64,000 nucleotides of DNA from Parcubacteria group bacterium. Its GTDB lineage: Bacteria > Patescibacteriota > Patescibacteriia > UBA2169. A program made the translations under genes and the position numbers. Shown in pieces: positions 27,283 through 36,733 of the stretch. Where the stretch lies: assembly GCA_016181765.1 (NCBI GenBank), contig JACOYR010000001.1:221414-285413 (forward strand), written 5' to 3'. How positions within the stretch are numbered: position 1 is the first letter of the stretch; every line of letters starts with the position of its first letter. The notes under the pieces were generated by a model, which did not search any database, was not told the origin of the DNA, and saw nothing but the letters and a program-made list of their open reading frames with translations.

Positions 27283-27489
27283 TTACTTGCCGCAGGCCTT
27301 GCAGTCGCCCTTGTGGCTCACGAGCAGGTAGAGGCCCGAGAGCCCCACCAGCACGTAGATGACCCGGGAGACCGTGGCATCCATGCCGCCGAAGATCTGG
27401 CCTACTTCCCAGCCGGTAAGCGTAAGGACTCCCCAGTTGAGGGCTCCGACTACCACCAGGACAAAGGCAACCATGTGAAGTGCTTTCAT
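27283..27489 (-). CDS. DUF378 family small membrane protein
   Basis: LVVVGALNWG...IYVLVGLSG. Confidence 0.85.
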   Translation of the reverse strand: MKALHMVAFVLVVVGALNWGVLTLTGWEVGQIFGGMDATVSRVIYVLVGLSGLYLLVSHKGDCKACGK

Positions 27490-27587
27490 GTTTTGTTATA
27501 TTATTTTGTTTGATAAGAAGCCGACTTAATGTTAGTATACCACATTTTTGGGCTCAACGCAACGCGCAATGGCACACTGTGGAAAAC

Positions 27588-27663
27588 TGGAGCCGTTGCG
27601 CGGAATTGAACCGCGGACCTACTCCTTACCATGGAGTTGCTCTACCAGCTGAGCTACAACGGC
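27588..27663 (-). tRNA. tRNA-Thr (GGT)
   Basis: GCCGTTGTAGCTCAG...ATGGTAA...GTTCAATTC...AACGGCTCCA. Confidence 0.92.
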
Positions 27664-27677
27664 TTGATTGTAAAATA

Positions 27678-27820
27678 TTAGGACTTACGCGTTTGCCGTC
27701 ATTCTGGAGCGAAAGTACTCTTGAGCGATAGAATCTATGCGTTTTTCACGGAGATTCTATCGGCTTTGAGTACAAAGCCTCCAGAATGACGGCTATTTTT
27801 GTCAAACGCGTAAGTCCTAA
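27678..27820. mobile_element. MITE-like element with perfect 18-bp terminal inverted repeats enclosing a REP-like inverted pair
   Basis: ttaggacttacgcgtttg (27678-27695) / caaacgcgtaagtcctaa (27803-27820); internal ccgtcattctggag/ctccagaatgacgg and gatagaatct/agattctatc. Confidence 0.6.
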
Positions 27821-27826
27821 ATATAT

Positions 27827-28708
27827 TTATTTCAATCCCTTCACCTTCTTTTCAAACTCCGCAAGCCTGCCGTGGTCCGGGTTTATCTTTTTGATTTTTT
27901 CCAGCGCCTCCTTGGCAAGGGGCTTATTCTTAAGGAGCACCGCAACCGTGAACAGCCGATCCAGGACCTTGGGGTTATTCGGTTCCAGGGCTTGGGCCTT
28001 CTGCAGGCTTGAGAACGCTTTTTCCGCGTCATTCAGCTGCAAGTACACGTCAGCCAAATCCAGGTGGTAATCCACGACCTCGTTGTTGATGGAGAGCGCG
28101 TGCAAAAAGTGGTCCTTGGCCGCTTCCAGCTTCCCCTGCTCCCGGAGCGTGCGCGCGAGCGACGCGAACCCCCGGTCCTCCTGGGGCCACTGCCTGGTTG
28201 CGTACTCAAAGGTCTCTATGGCCTGGGCGAGCTCGCCCATTTCGCGGTACGTCTCCCCCAATCCCTGGTAGGCGTCCGTTGATTCCGGATCCACTTTAAT
28301 GGCTGAAAGGTATTTGGACTCTGCCTGGGAAAACTTTTTTGCGCGCCGGGCTTCTTCCGCCTCTTCCAAAAGTTCACGGACTTTGGACTGCGCTTTTTTG
28401 CTTGAATCCGGAAGCGTGCCCTGGAACCGATACGCGCGCTCCAGCTTGCGCACGCGCTCCAGTGTACTCTGGAACAGGGAGCCTGCGAGCGCCTTGCCCG
28501 GCTGCAGTATGCCCGAGGCGAACTTGAACACGCCCTCCAGTTTGCGCAGGAGCCGGTGCTCCAAGAGCGAGGCCTTAAGCACGGCGTCGCGCTCCTCCGG
28601 GATCTTGGATACGTCCAGGCTCGCCGCTTTCTTGAGGTGGCGCGAGGCAATGATGAGGATGGTTCCGATGCTCGCGATAATGACTGCAAGTGGAATGATC
28701 GTAAGCAT
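27827..28708 (-). CDS. Membrane-anchored TPR protein
   Basis: N-terminal TM helix; several TPR repeats (AYQGLGETY, ALEPNNPK). Confidence 0.85.
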   Translation of the reverse strand: MLTIIPLAVIIASIGTILIIASRHLKKAASLDVSKIPEERDAVLKASLLEHRLLRKLEGVFKFASGILQPGKALAGSLFQSTLERVRKLERAYRFQGTLPDSSKKAQSKVRELLEEAEEARRAKKFSQAESKYLSAIKVDPESTDAYQGLGETYREMGELAQAIETFEYATRQWPQEDRGFASLARTLREQGKLEAAKDHFLHALSINNEVVDYHLDLADVYLQLNDAEKAFSSLQKAQALEPNNPKVLDRLFTVAVLLKNKPLAKEALEKIKKINPDHGRLAEFEKKVKGLK

Positions 28709-28709
28709 G

Positions 28710-29477
28710 TTAGTGCGCTTTTAGGGCTCCGGCGATAATGGCGGAGAACTGGGTTGCGTCCAGGGAAGCCGTGCCCACCAGCACCCCGTCTACCGTAGGT
28801 TGGGCGGTGTAGCGGCCTACGTTCTCCGGATCAACGCTCCCACCATAGATGATTTTGACGTGTTCGTCAACTGCCTGGTGGGAGAATAAATCGTACAGGG
28901 ATTGCTCAATCACCTGGTGCGTGTGCTCAATTTCGTTCGGGTCAATGTCCTGGCCGCTCCCGATGACCCACACCGGCTCGTAGGCGACGATGAGCTCGCA
29001 CGCTTGAGTGAGCCACAGGCCGTTGAGCGCGTCGTGCAGCTGGCGCAAGAGCACCGCCTCTTTTTGGCCCTCTGCCCTATCGTCAAACTGCTCGCCAACG
29101 CACAGCACCGGGCGCAGCCCGAGCGAAAGCAGCATCCTGATTTTTTTGTGTATCATCTCGCCGGACTCAAACAAGTGCGCCCGGCGCTCCGAGTGCCCGA
29201 CAATGACCGTGGTTACGCCGTATGAGGCAAGCTGCTTTGGGGACACTTCGCCCGTGAACGCGCCCTGCTCTTCCCAGAAGCAGTTCTGCGCGCCCATCTG
29301 GATGCCGCTTTCGCGCACGATGTCCGACACCGCGGCAAGCTCCGTAAAGCTCGGGCACAGCACCACGTCCGCACCCTTGAATTTTGCGGACGCCTTGGCA
29401 ACTTTTTTGGCCAGCGCCAATGCCTCGCTCGGAGCGAGTTTCATTTTCCAGTTTGCGATGACAAGCGGGTTTTTCAT
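28710..29477 (-). CDS. tpiA: Triosephosphate isomerase
   Basis: ANWKM, GHSERR, AYEPVWVIG, YGGSV. Confidence 0.95.
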   Translation of the reverse strand: MKNPLVIANWKMKLAPSEALALAKKVAKASAKFKGADVVLCPSFTELAAVSDIVRESGIQMGAQNCFWEEQGAFTGEVSPKQLASYGVTTVIVGHSERRAHLFESGEMIHKKIRMLLSLGLRPVLCVGEQFDDRAEGQKEAVLLRQLHDALNGLWLTQACELIVAYEPVWVIGSGQDIDPNEIEHTHQVIEQSLYDLFSHQAVDEHVKIIYGGSVDPENVGRYTAQPTVDGVLVGTASLDATQFSAIIAGALKAH

Positions 29478-29481
29478 GGCA

Positions 29482-30393
29482 TTACCATTGATACGTGTTC
29501 TGCGCCCACACCGCGAGGCTCTTTGCGTCCTGCACCCTATCCTCGTTGGTTTGGGAGCCCAGGGTTACGATGTAGAGCCTGTGTCCGCCGGCCGTGTCCA
29601 CTGCGGTTGCGAGGTTAAAGCCGGACTCGTCCAGATGCCCGGTTTTTCCGTACGCAACAAGCACGATGGTTCCCAGCAAATGGTTGGTGGTGAGCACGGC
29701 CTTGGCAGCGCCCTCCGGGAACACGCGGATGGTGTCACGGTGCGTGCCGATAATGTCCGTGATTGCCGGGTGCTTCCCTGCTTCCGCAAGCAGCCTCACC
29801 AGGTCCTCTGCGGTGCTCGTGTTTTCCGGTTCAAGCCCGCTCGGCTCGGTGAACACTGTGTTGCGCATGCCGAGCTCGCGGGCGCGGACATTCATGCGCT
29901 CCACAAACGCGCCCGCCTCTGCAGGGGCGCTGCGCGCCAAAGTTATTGTCGCATTATTGGCGCTCCCAAGCAAGCTCGCCACCAAAAAATCGCGCGCGGT
30001 TGCGGATTGGCCCGGGCGGATAAATTCATTGCCCCCCTCCCGGTCATCCTCCGGAACCATGGTGAGCCGCTCCCCGAGATTGGGTCCGCTCTCAAGGAAC
30101 ACCACCGCAGCCATGAGCTTGGCAATGCTCGCAACGGGCCACAGCGCGGACGCGTCCTTTTCGTACAAGACAGCCCCGCTTTTAGCGTCAACCACAATCG
30201 CGCTCCGGGCGCTTATGCGGGGGCCCAGGGATGCACGGTCAATTTTTACCGGCGGCCGCGAGGCATCGTCCGTTGTGCGCACGCGGTCAGCCCGGACACT
30301 CCCGTTGGAAACGTACGCGCCGTCCGCATCCGAAAACGGGAACGGAGGAAAAAGCAGGCTCGCAATGGCAAACAGCACGCTCACAAACGACAT
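29482..30393 (-). CDS. Peptidase S11 D-alanyl-D-alanine carboxy/endopeptidase
   Basis: ASIAKLM (SxxK), SAN (SxN), GKTG. Confidence 0.88.
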   Translation of the reverse strand: MSFVSVLFAIASLLFPPFPFSDADGAYVSNGSVRADRVRTTDDASRPPVKIDRASLGPRISARSAIVVDAKSGAVLYEKDASALWPVASIAKLMAAVVFLESGPNLGERLTMVPEDDREGGNEFIRPGQSATARDFLVASLLGSANNATITLARSAPAEAGAFVERMNVRARELGMRNTVFTEPSGLEPENTSTAEDLVRLLAEAGKHPAITDIIGTHRDTIRVFPEGAAKAVLTTNHLLGTIVLVAYGKTGHLDESGFNLATAVDTAGGHRLYIVTLGSQTNEDRVQDAKSLAVWAQNTYQW

Positions 30394-30394
30394 G

Positions 30395-30949
30395 CTACTC
30401 CTCTTCTTCCTCGGTTGATCTTAAAACCTCATCCAAGGTTTCGTGCCGGGAAAGCTTCTCGTAATCAGGGAGCTCGGAGGCGGACGAAACGCCGAGAAAC
30501 TTGAGAAAATCGTGCGTGACCCGATACTTGGGAAGCATTTCTTTCTTTTCCGAGGTCCGCTCAATGAGCCCGCGGATGAGAAGGTTGCGCAGAATCAATC
30601 CGCAGTTCACTCCCCGGATCTGCTCCAGCTCCGGCTTGGTGACAAGGCCGCGGTACGCAATAATGGTGAGCGTCTCAAGGCCGGGATCCGTAAGCTCGCC
30701 CGTAACGTCTGATTTCAAGAATGACTTGACGAGCGCTGCGTTGTCGGGATGGCTTACGAGCTGGTAGGCATCGCCCGAAACCGCGAGTATGATGCCGCTG
30801 CCCTTTTTTCCGCCGTATGACGATTTGAGTTCGCGGAGAGCGGCCTCAACTTCCCCCTTTTTCGCGCCCGTGAGCTTCTTAAGCTGGGTGATGGAGATGG
30901 GCTGGCTTGATACGAACAGCAGGCTCTCTATTTTTGATGCGAGCGGCAT
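30395..30949 (-). CDS. scpB: SMC-Scp complex subunit ScpB
   Basis: IESLLF, LETLTIIAY, IRGVN, FLKFLG..ELP. Confidence 0.92.
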   Translation of the reverse strand: MPLASKIESLLFVSSQPISITQLKKLTGAKKGEVEAALRELKSSYGGKKGSGIILAVSGDAYQLVSHPDNAALVKSFLKSDVTGELTDPGLETLTIIAYRGLVTKPELEQIRGVNCGLILRNLLIRGLIERTSEKKEMLPKYRVTHDFLKFLGVSSASELPDYEKLSRHETLDEVLRSTEEEEE

Positions 30950-30950
30950 G

Positions 30951-31643
30951 TTAGATTCTCTGAATGACAATGTCCTGGTGCGGCTCCTGGTCGGCCAGGA
31001 GGTGGCGCTGTTTGATGAGCTCCAGAAGCGCCAAAAAGCTCACGACAATCTCTGATTTATTCTTTGCGGATTTCAGGAATTCGCTGAATCCCGTTTTCTC
31101 AACAGACGCAAACAGGGCTTTGAGGTGCAGAATGCGCTCGCCGATTGAAACCACGCGGCCTAAGGTTCGCTTGGGAATTTTGACGAACGTCTTCTCAAGC
31201 TCGGCTATCAAGCGGGAAAGCCGCAGCCCGAGATCGCGGGGTGCAAGCTTGGGAGGGGGCGAAAACTCAACACTCGCCATTTTGAGCGGCTGGCGCGAAA
31301 AACTGAAGCGCTTTTTGGCGATAATTGCGCGCACGCTCTCGGAAGCATCGCGATACACCTTGTATATCTTGAGCTGCTCTTCCAGATAATCGGGATCCGC
31401 GTCCTCGTTCTGGAGTGAAGGCAAGAGCATGCAGGACTTGATGAACAGCAAACGGGACGCCACCACCAAAAAATCAGCAAGCTCGCTCGCGGCAAGGTTT
31501 TCGCCGAGCGCTTCCACGCGAGAGAGATACTGCTCCGTGACCTGGGCGAGCGAAACGTTCGTGATGTCAAGTTTTTCCTGTTCAATGAGCTCCAAGAGCA
31601 GCGAGAGCGGGCCTTCAAACGCTTCTGTTTTTATTTCGTACAT
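30951..31643 (-). CDS. scpA: Segregation/condensation protein A
   Basis: FEGPLSLLLELI, KS..LLP, VVSFLALLEL. Confidence 0.92.
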   Translation of the reverse strand: MYEIKTEAFEGPLSLLLELIEQEKLDITNVSLAQVTEQYLSRVEALGENLAASELADFLVVASRLLFIKSCMLLPSLQNEDADPDYLEEQLKIYKVYRDASESVRAIIAKKRFSFSRQPLKMASVEFSPPPKLAPRDLGLRLSRLIAELEKTFVKIPKRTLGRVVSIGERILHLKALFASVEKTGFSEFLKSAKNKSEIVVSFLALLELIKQRHLLADQEPHQDIVIQRI

Positions 31644-31932
31644 ATGGAATTTTTTGCTGTTTCGTTTTCCGCGCCGCAAGCGCTTCGCGCTTTCCCGCGG
31701 GCGTTAATCTGATTCTGGTGATAAACAGCTTCTCCGCTGTTTTGGCGCCATAGCCAATGAGCAGGCCCCGATCAATCAAACGCTCAATGCTCGCCGTGAT
31801 AACCTGCTTGTAGTGCTCGGCCTGGGCTTTTGACGAGCTCTTGTCCGGGTTCTTGTCAACCACGCTGCGCCCAATAGCGCCCCCTCCCTCCACGCACGCT
31901 TCCAGGATAAATTGCTGGAGTTTGGAAAGCAT
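31615..31932 (-). CDS. Small hypothetical protein (possible winged helix)
   Basis: MLSKLQQFIL...ITASIERLIDRGLLIGYG...IRLTPAG. Confidence 0.6.
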   Translation of the reverse strand: MLSKLQQFILEACVEGGGAIGRSVVDKNPDKSSSKAQAEHYKQVITASIERLIDRGLLIGYGAKTAEKLFITRIRLTPAGKREALAARKTKQQKIPYVRNKNRSV

Positions 31933-31940
31933 AAAAAAAA

Positions 31941-32759
31941 TCAAGTTAGGGCTCTAAAATTATTCCCGCTCACCACTTTTCTGCCGGTTTTTTGCTCCAA
32001 TTCCAAACGCGCGTTTTTCGCTATCCGCCCGCCTTTCTTGGCCGGTACTTTATTTTCCTCCAAGCCCCTGGCTTCCATTGTCTCGGCAATCTGGCGGGTA
32101 GAAAGTTCGGCCAAGGCCGTAAACACCAGTTCCGCGTCCGACATATGGTCGCGTAAATGCTCGGTTTTTAATTTCTTCAAACTTTTATGCTCTTTCACCG
32201 ACAAATCGCTCCATTCTTGATGAATAATATTGGTTAAAATCGCGTATTCATCCTGTTCTTTAACTTCATTGTTTTTCCAATAATCCGTCAATTTGTTCCT
32301 GATTTCCTGCCCCATCATTCTCTGCTGGATCCATTTCTCGCTCCGGCCCATTCTTTGCCAATTCACGCGGCCGCGATTGATGGATTTTTCCGGATCCGTT
32401 GTTTCTTGTATCCGTTCATAACCAACCTTGGCCAGCCAGAGTTTTATGGGCTCGGCTTTGGGGCTGGGAACAGACTGGATAAGGCGCAATAATGTTTCCA
32501 CATCAGCTGCGTCAGTTTGGTAAAATTTACCGTCAGAGGCCTGCATTTTCAGGTGGTCACATTTTGTGACCACCTCGCTTCCCTCCTCTTTTAGACGGTT
32601 TTTAAGGGTCGTCCAGTAACTTTTGGCTTTTTTATGATCAATCTGATCTGTTAATACTGCGATAATATCTACCACGGAAAAATACCACTTTTCTTGTGTT
32701 TCGTCATAAACTCGGCGAATTTTTTTGCCCTCAAAAATGGCTAATTTTTTGGCTTTCAT
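31941..32759 (-). CDS. BRO-N domain (phage antirepressor-like) protein
   Basis: FEGKKIRR..KWYFSVVDII, LRLIQSVPSPKAEPIKLWLA, LRDHMSDAEL; more AT-rich than its flanks. Confidence 0.85.
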   Translation of the reverse strand: MKAKKLAIFEGKKIRRVYDETQEKWYFSVVDIIAVLTDQIDHKKAKSYWTTLKNRLKEEGSEVVTKCDHLKMQASDGKFYQTDAADVETLLRLIQSVPSPKAEPIKLWLAKVGYERIQETTDPEKSINRGRVNWQRMGRSEKWIQQRMMGQEIRNKLTDYWKNNEVKEQDEYAILTNIIHQEWSDLSVKEHKSLKKLKTEHLRDHMSDAELVFTALAELSTRQIAETMEARGLEENKVPAKKGGRIAKNARLELEQKTGRKVVSGNNFRALT

Positions 32760-32809
32760 ATTTTCGTTTTAACATGCTTCTTTATCACCCAGCCGCCGTT
32801 TCCCCTGTC

Positions 32810-34579
32810 TTAATCCCCCATGATCTTAATCTGCAACTCCCTCAACTGCTTCGGCAGAACCTCGCTCGGGCTATCCAGCATCACGTCGCGGCCGGCCCCG
32901 TCTTTGGGGAACGCGTAAATGTCGCGGATGGATTCCGCGTCCAAAAGCACCATGAGCAACCGGTCTATGCCCGGGGCATTACCGCCGTGCGGCGGGGCGC
33001 CAAACTCAAAAGCGCGGATCATATGGCCGAACTTGGCGTCCACTTCTTTCTTAGAATAACCAGCAATGGCGAAAGCCTTGTACATAATGTCCGGCCGATG
33101 GTTGCGTATGGCTCCGCTCGTAATCTCGTACCCGTTGAGCACGTAGTCATATTGATAAGCCAAAACATCCAGCGGATCTTTGGTTTCCAGGGCTTCCAAA
33201 CCGCCCTGGGGCATGGAAAACGGGTTGTGGCCAAAATCAATTTTGCCCTCCTCTATTTCCGAGTACGCGTACATGGGGAAATCCGTAATCCAGCACCACG
33301 CGGCTTTAGTGTTGTCTTTGAGGCCCAATTTTGCGCCGCACATATTTCTCACCGCGCCCAGCGCCTCGCACACGGTCCGCCACTCGCCTGCCCCGAAAAA
33401 GATGATATCGCCCTCTTTGGCTTTGGCTTCTTTGATGATGCTTTTGACTTCCGGCTCGCTCAAAAATTTGAGGATCGGCGACTTGGGTTCTTTGTCTATA
33501 ATAATGTACGCGAGCCCCTGGGCTCCTTTTTCTTTTGCGGCTTCCGTGATCTCGTCAATGTCTTTTCTTGAGAACTTGGCTCCTGCCGTAACATTCAGAG
33601 CGTGCACCACGCCTTTTTTCTTGATGGCATCGCTAAACACCTTGAATCCTGAATTTTTAACAACACTCGTAATGGGCTTGATTTCAAAATCAAAACGCAA
33701 GTCAGGCTTGTCAGTTCCGTACTTTTCCATGGCCTCGCGCCACGGAATGCGCGGGAACGGTTTTGTGATGATGGTTTTTTGAGATAATTCTTCCGTGAGT
33801 TTGACCATCAAAGGGTCCATGATCTCAAAAATGTCTTCCTGCTCCACAAACGACATTTCCATGTCCAGCTGGTAGAACTCGCCGAACGCGCGGTCAGCCC
33901 GGGGGTCTTCGTCGCGGAAGCACGGGGCAATCTGGAAATACCGGTCCAAGCCGCCGACCATCAACAACTGTTTGAACTGCTGGGGCGCCTGCGGAAGCGC
34001 GTAAAACTTGCCCGGGTACAAACGCGAAGGCACGAGCCAGTCGCGCGCGCCCTCCGGCGAAGAGTTGGCGAGAATCGGGGTCTGCACTTCAATAAAGCCG
34101 CGCTCCTGGAAGTACTGCCTAATCATGCGGATCATTTTATCCTTGAGCGCAAGCATGTTCTGCAGTTTGGGGCGGCGCAGGTCTATGAAGCGGTACTTGA
34201 GGCGCGTGTTCTCGTTCGCCTCAAATTCGGGCTTATCAAGCTCAAACGGAGGCGTCTCGGACTCATTCAAAATAACCAGTTCTTGCCCGTCAATCTCAAT
34301 CTCCCCGGTATCAAGCTTTTTGTTTGCCATTGCCTTGGGCCGCTCGTTGACCGTGCCCTGAACTTGCACCACAAACTCGCTGCGGAGCTTGTTTGCTTCT
34401 TTCCAGGCGTCCTTGGACCGCTTGGGATCAAACGCAACTTGCGTGAGCCCGTACCTATCGCGCAGGTCTATAAAAATAACGCCCCCGTGGTCCCGGCGGG
34501 ACTGCACCCAGCCAGCCAGTTTTACCTCTTTTCCTTTGTCTTGCGGCCGGAGTTCTCCGCATGTGTGTGTTCGGTACAT
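32810..34579 (-). CDS. aspS: Aspartate--tRNA ligase
   Basis: YRTHTCGEL, RRDHGG, PEGARD, CFRDED.RADR, GAPPHGG..PGIDR. Confidence 0.96.
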   Translation of the reverse strand: MYRTHTCGELRPQDKGKEVKLAGWVQSRRDHGGVIFIDLRDRYGLTQVAFDPKRSKDAWKEANKLRSEFVVQVQGTVNERPKAMANKKLDTGEIEIDGQELVILNESETPPFELDKPEFEANENTRLKYRFIDLRRPKLQNMLALKDKMIRMIRQYFQERGFIEVQTPILANSSPEGARDWLVPSRLYPGKFYALPQAPQQFKQLLMVGGLDRYFQIAPCFRDEDPRADRAFGEFYQLDMEMSFVEQEDIFEIMDPLMVKLTEELSQKTIITKPFPRIPWREAMEKYGTDKPDLRFDFEIKPITSVVKNSGFKVFSDAIKKKGVVHALNVTAGAKFSRKDIDEITEAAKEKGAQGLAYIIIDKEPKSPILKFLSEPEVKSIIKEAKAKEGDIIFFGAGEWRTVCEALGAVRNMCGAKLGLKDNTKAAWCWITDFPMYAYSEIEEGKIDFGHNPFSMPQGGLEALETKDPLDVLAYQYDYVLNGYEITSGAIRNHRPDIMYKAFAIAGYSKKEVDAKFGHMIRAFEFGAPPHGGNAPGIDRLLMVLLDAESIRDIYAFPKDGAGRDVMLDSPSEVLPKQLRELQIKIMGD

Positions 34580-34589
34580 ATTTTGATGA

Positions 34590-34626
34590 TTCCCCCTCCT
34601 TGATAAGGAGGGGGTTGGGGGTGGTT
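34590..34626. repeat. REP-like palindromic element (family B)
   Basis: ccccctcctt-gat-aaggaggggg plus ttgggggtggtt tail; reverse complement resembles 48301-48340. Confidence 0.65.
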
Positions 34627-34733
34627 ATGTACTCTAGAATACCAATTTTAGGGAAAAATTGCAACGAGGCCCCAACAAAAAAACCGCCTTAATGGGCGGA
34701 TGGGGGGTATGCGAATATCAAACAGGCGCGTTG

Positions 34734-34997
34734 TTAGGCGCTTGCGCGAGCCTCCAATCGTTCAATCCGCTCTCCGTGCTCATCCAAACGGCCTCCGATT
34801 GACGCCTGTTCGGTCAGTACTTGGTCAAGTTTCTTTGAAATTTTGTCTTGGCCCATCATAATCTCGTCTTTGTATGCTACCAAGTCCTGTTTCGTTGCCA
34901 TTTTTTCATCCAAAAAATCGCCGAGCTCATCTTTAAACTCAATCAAATCCCTGACTTTAACTGGGCGCTCCAAATCTTCTTTTGCTGGCTTAAACAT
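34734..34997 (-). CDS. Small coiled-coil hypothetical protein
   Basis: MATKQDL motif, RIERLE C-terminus; similar to 10799-11110. Confidence 0.7.
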   Translation of the reverse strand: MFKPAKEDLERPVKVRDLIEFKDELGDFLDEKMATKQDLVAYKDEIMMGQDKISKKLDQVLTEQASIGGRLDEHGERIERLEARASA

Positions 34998-35060
34998 AGC
35001 GTCAATGTTACTGCAACACGCAGTATACCACACCAGCCACGATTGCACAACAAACGCACC

Positions 35061-35705
35061 TTAAAATTCTGCTGACTCACCGGCTTTAAGCGGGGTGAAC
35101 GCAATTCCTGCGTCTGCGAGCATCTTCTGCGGCAGGCCGTGGAACAGCTCAATGATTTCGTCTTTCAAAAACCCATCATGCACGGGAAAGCATTTTTTGG
35201 GTCTGACGTTTTTGGCGTAATCAATGCCCTGGCCTATCATCATCCACGGCCCGCTCACCGGGAGCGCGAGTATGTTGACCGGACGGCCCGGATGCGTGAG
35301 TGAATCTCCGGGATAAAACAAATCACCGCCAATCCAGTAACCCGTATTCTGGGGCATTGCAATTCCCTGGTAAATAGATTCATGTATGCAATCAAACGCC
35401 TCCAGTTCCACGCCTTTGACTGATAGCTTTGATGTGCCCTCAAGCGCCTCATATAACAATCCCGCTTTTGACAACGACTGGCCCGTGCCGCTGTTGGCGT
35501 ACACTTTCGCGTTTGGGTTGTTTGCTAAAATCGTTTTGATGGAATCAGCATGCATGTGGTCCGAGTGGTCGTGCGTGATGAGGATGACGTCAACATTGCT
35601 GACGGATGAGTGTTCGCCAATGGTCCACATGCCCGGATCCGTTAAAATCCGAAGCCCGTTTACTTCTATGATGAGGCAACAGTGCCCGAGTTTGGCGATA
35701 TGCAT
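35061..35705 (-). CDS. MBL-fold metallo-hydrolase
   Basis: LGHCC, DPG, THDHSDH, PGDS, PVHDG. Confidence 0.88.
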   Translation of the reverse strand: MHIAKLGHCCLIIEVNGLRILTDPGMWTIGEHSSVSNVDVILITHDHSDHMHADSIKTILANNPNAKVYANSGTGQSLSKAGLLYEALEGTSKLSVKGVELEAFDCIHESIYQGIAMPQNTGYWIGGDLFYPGDSLTHPGRPVNILALPVSGPWMMIGQGIDYAKNVRPKKCFPVHDGFLKDEIIELFHGLPQKMLADAGIAFTPLKAGESAEF

Positions 35706-35710
35706 ATAAT

Positions 35711-36064
35711 TTAGGCTACGTGGCGCTTAAGCGTGCGCCTGATGGCGCAATAGTCCGGAATTGTTTGCTCCACCAGTTTCCAAAACGCAGGGGAATGATT
35801 CAGCTCTTTGAGATGGCACAGCTCATGCGCCACCACATACTCCGCGTGCGCAAGGGGCAGGAACAGGAGTTTGTAGCTGAAGTTGAGGTTGCCGTCCGCG
35901 GAGCAGCTCCCCCACCGCGTTTGTTGGTTGCGGATGGATACGCGGTTATAGGCAAAGCCGTACTGCCGATTAACGCGCTCAAGCGTTTCGTTGATGAACT
36001 GCCGCGCCTGTTCGCGGTGCTTATGGTAGTGCGCGCGGTCTCTGGACCGTGTGAACCGAGGCAT
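35711..36064 (-). CDS. YgjP/DUF45-like metal-dependent hydrolase (M48-like)
   Basis: QTRWGSCS, YVVAHELCHL..NHS..FW. Confidence 0.85.
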   Translation of the reverse strand: MPRFTRSRDRAHYHKHREQARQFINETLERVNRQYGFAYNRVSIRNQQTRWGSCSADGNLNFSYKLLFLPLAHAEYVVAHELCHLKELNHSPAFWKLVEQTIPDYCAIRRTLKRHVA

Positions 36065-36067
36065 ACG

Positions 36068-36733
36068 CTATGCCACACCCAGGCGCTCAAACAAACACCG
36101 CACAATCTCATCTTTCTTTTGCGCATCAATTTTGCCGGGCACCTCAACCCCGAACACTCTTTTGACCACTCCTTGACGTATCAGCCATGTCTCAAGCGGG
36201 CCCACCGGCGTGCCGTCTGAACCCGTGCGCGGCCGGTACCCGTCAACAAACTCAAAACCGAGGTACTCGTCTTCCGGATCATCAATGCCGGAAAAGAGCT
36301 CAACGCCGCATGAGGTAACCGCATCCCGCATGGCCGAGAGCTCCAAATCCGAAAACGCGCCTGTATCGTACAAATAGAACTGCTCTTGGCTGGGATCCTC
36401 ATGGAAAGAGATGCACGTATCCATCTTGCATTGGTTGAGCAGGGCCATGACTGCCTGCGCCTCCTGGCAATCGGTTCCATCAATGAACTGCCGGTTGATG
36501 TCTTTGTCGCGGTAGTTGGCCCGAGATCGCGAAGCGACCGAGGACGGGCTCACCTCGGGAATGTACAAAAAATCCGGCAATGCCTGTTCCAGTGAGTCAA
36601 TGGCCTTATGCACCGAATCAATCACCTCAAACTCATCCCCGTGCGCGCCGGAGAGCAGTAACAGACCGGGGTTTTCCCCTCGGACATAGTAGGGAAGCTC
36701 AACTGACTTGTGCTTATAGGCGCGCTTTTCCAT
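36068..36733 (-). CDS. M14/succinylglutamate desuccinylase-aspartoacylase family hydrolase
   Basis: SGAHGDE, DINRQF, ISFHED, GVEVP. Confidence 0.75.
   Translation of the reverse strand: MEKRAYKHKSVELPYYVRGENPGLLLLSGAHGDEFEVIDSVHKAIDSLEQALPDFLYIPEVSPSSVASRSRANYRDKDINRQFIDGTDCQEAQAVMALLNQCKMDTCISFHEDPSQEQFYLYDTGAFSDLELSAMRDAVTSCGVELFSGIDDPEDEYLGFEFVDGYRPRTGSDGTPVGPLETWLIRQGVVKRVFGVEVPGKIDAQKKDEIVRCLFERLGVA

Noticed and set aside
29008-30504. 498-aa plus-strand ORF, and similar long ORFs at 21261-22350, 40237-41835, 51231-52454 and 58347-59432
   Set aside because: Antisense shadows of well-supported genes in GC-rich DNA, with no recognisable motifs.
31941-32759. Prophage
   Set aside because: Single BRO gene with no integrase, structural genes or att sites.
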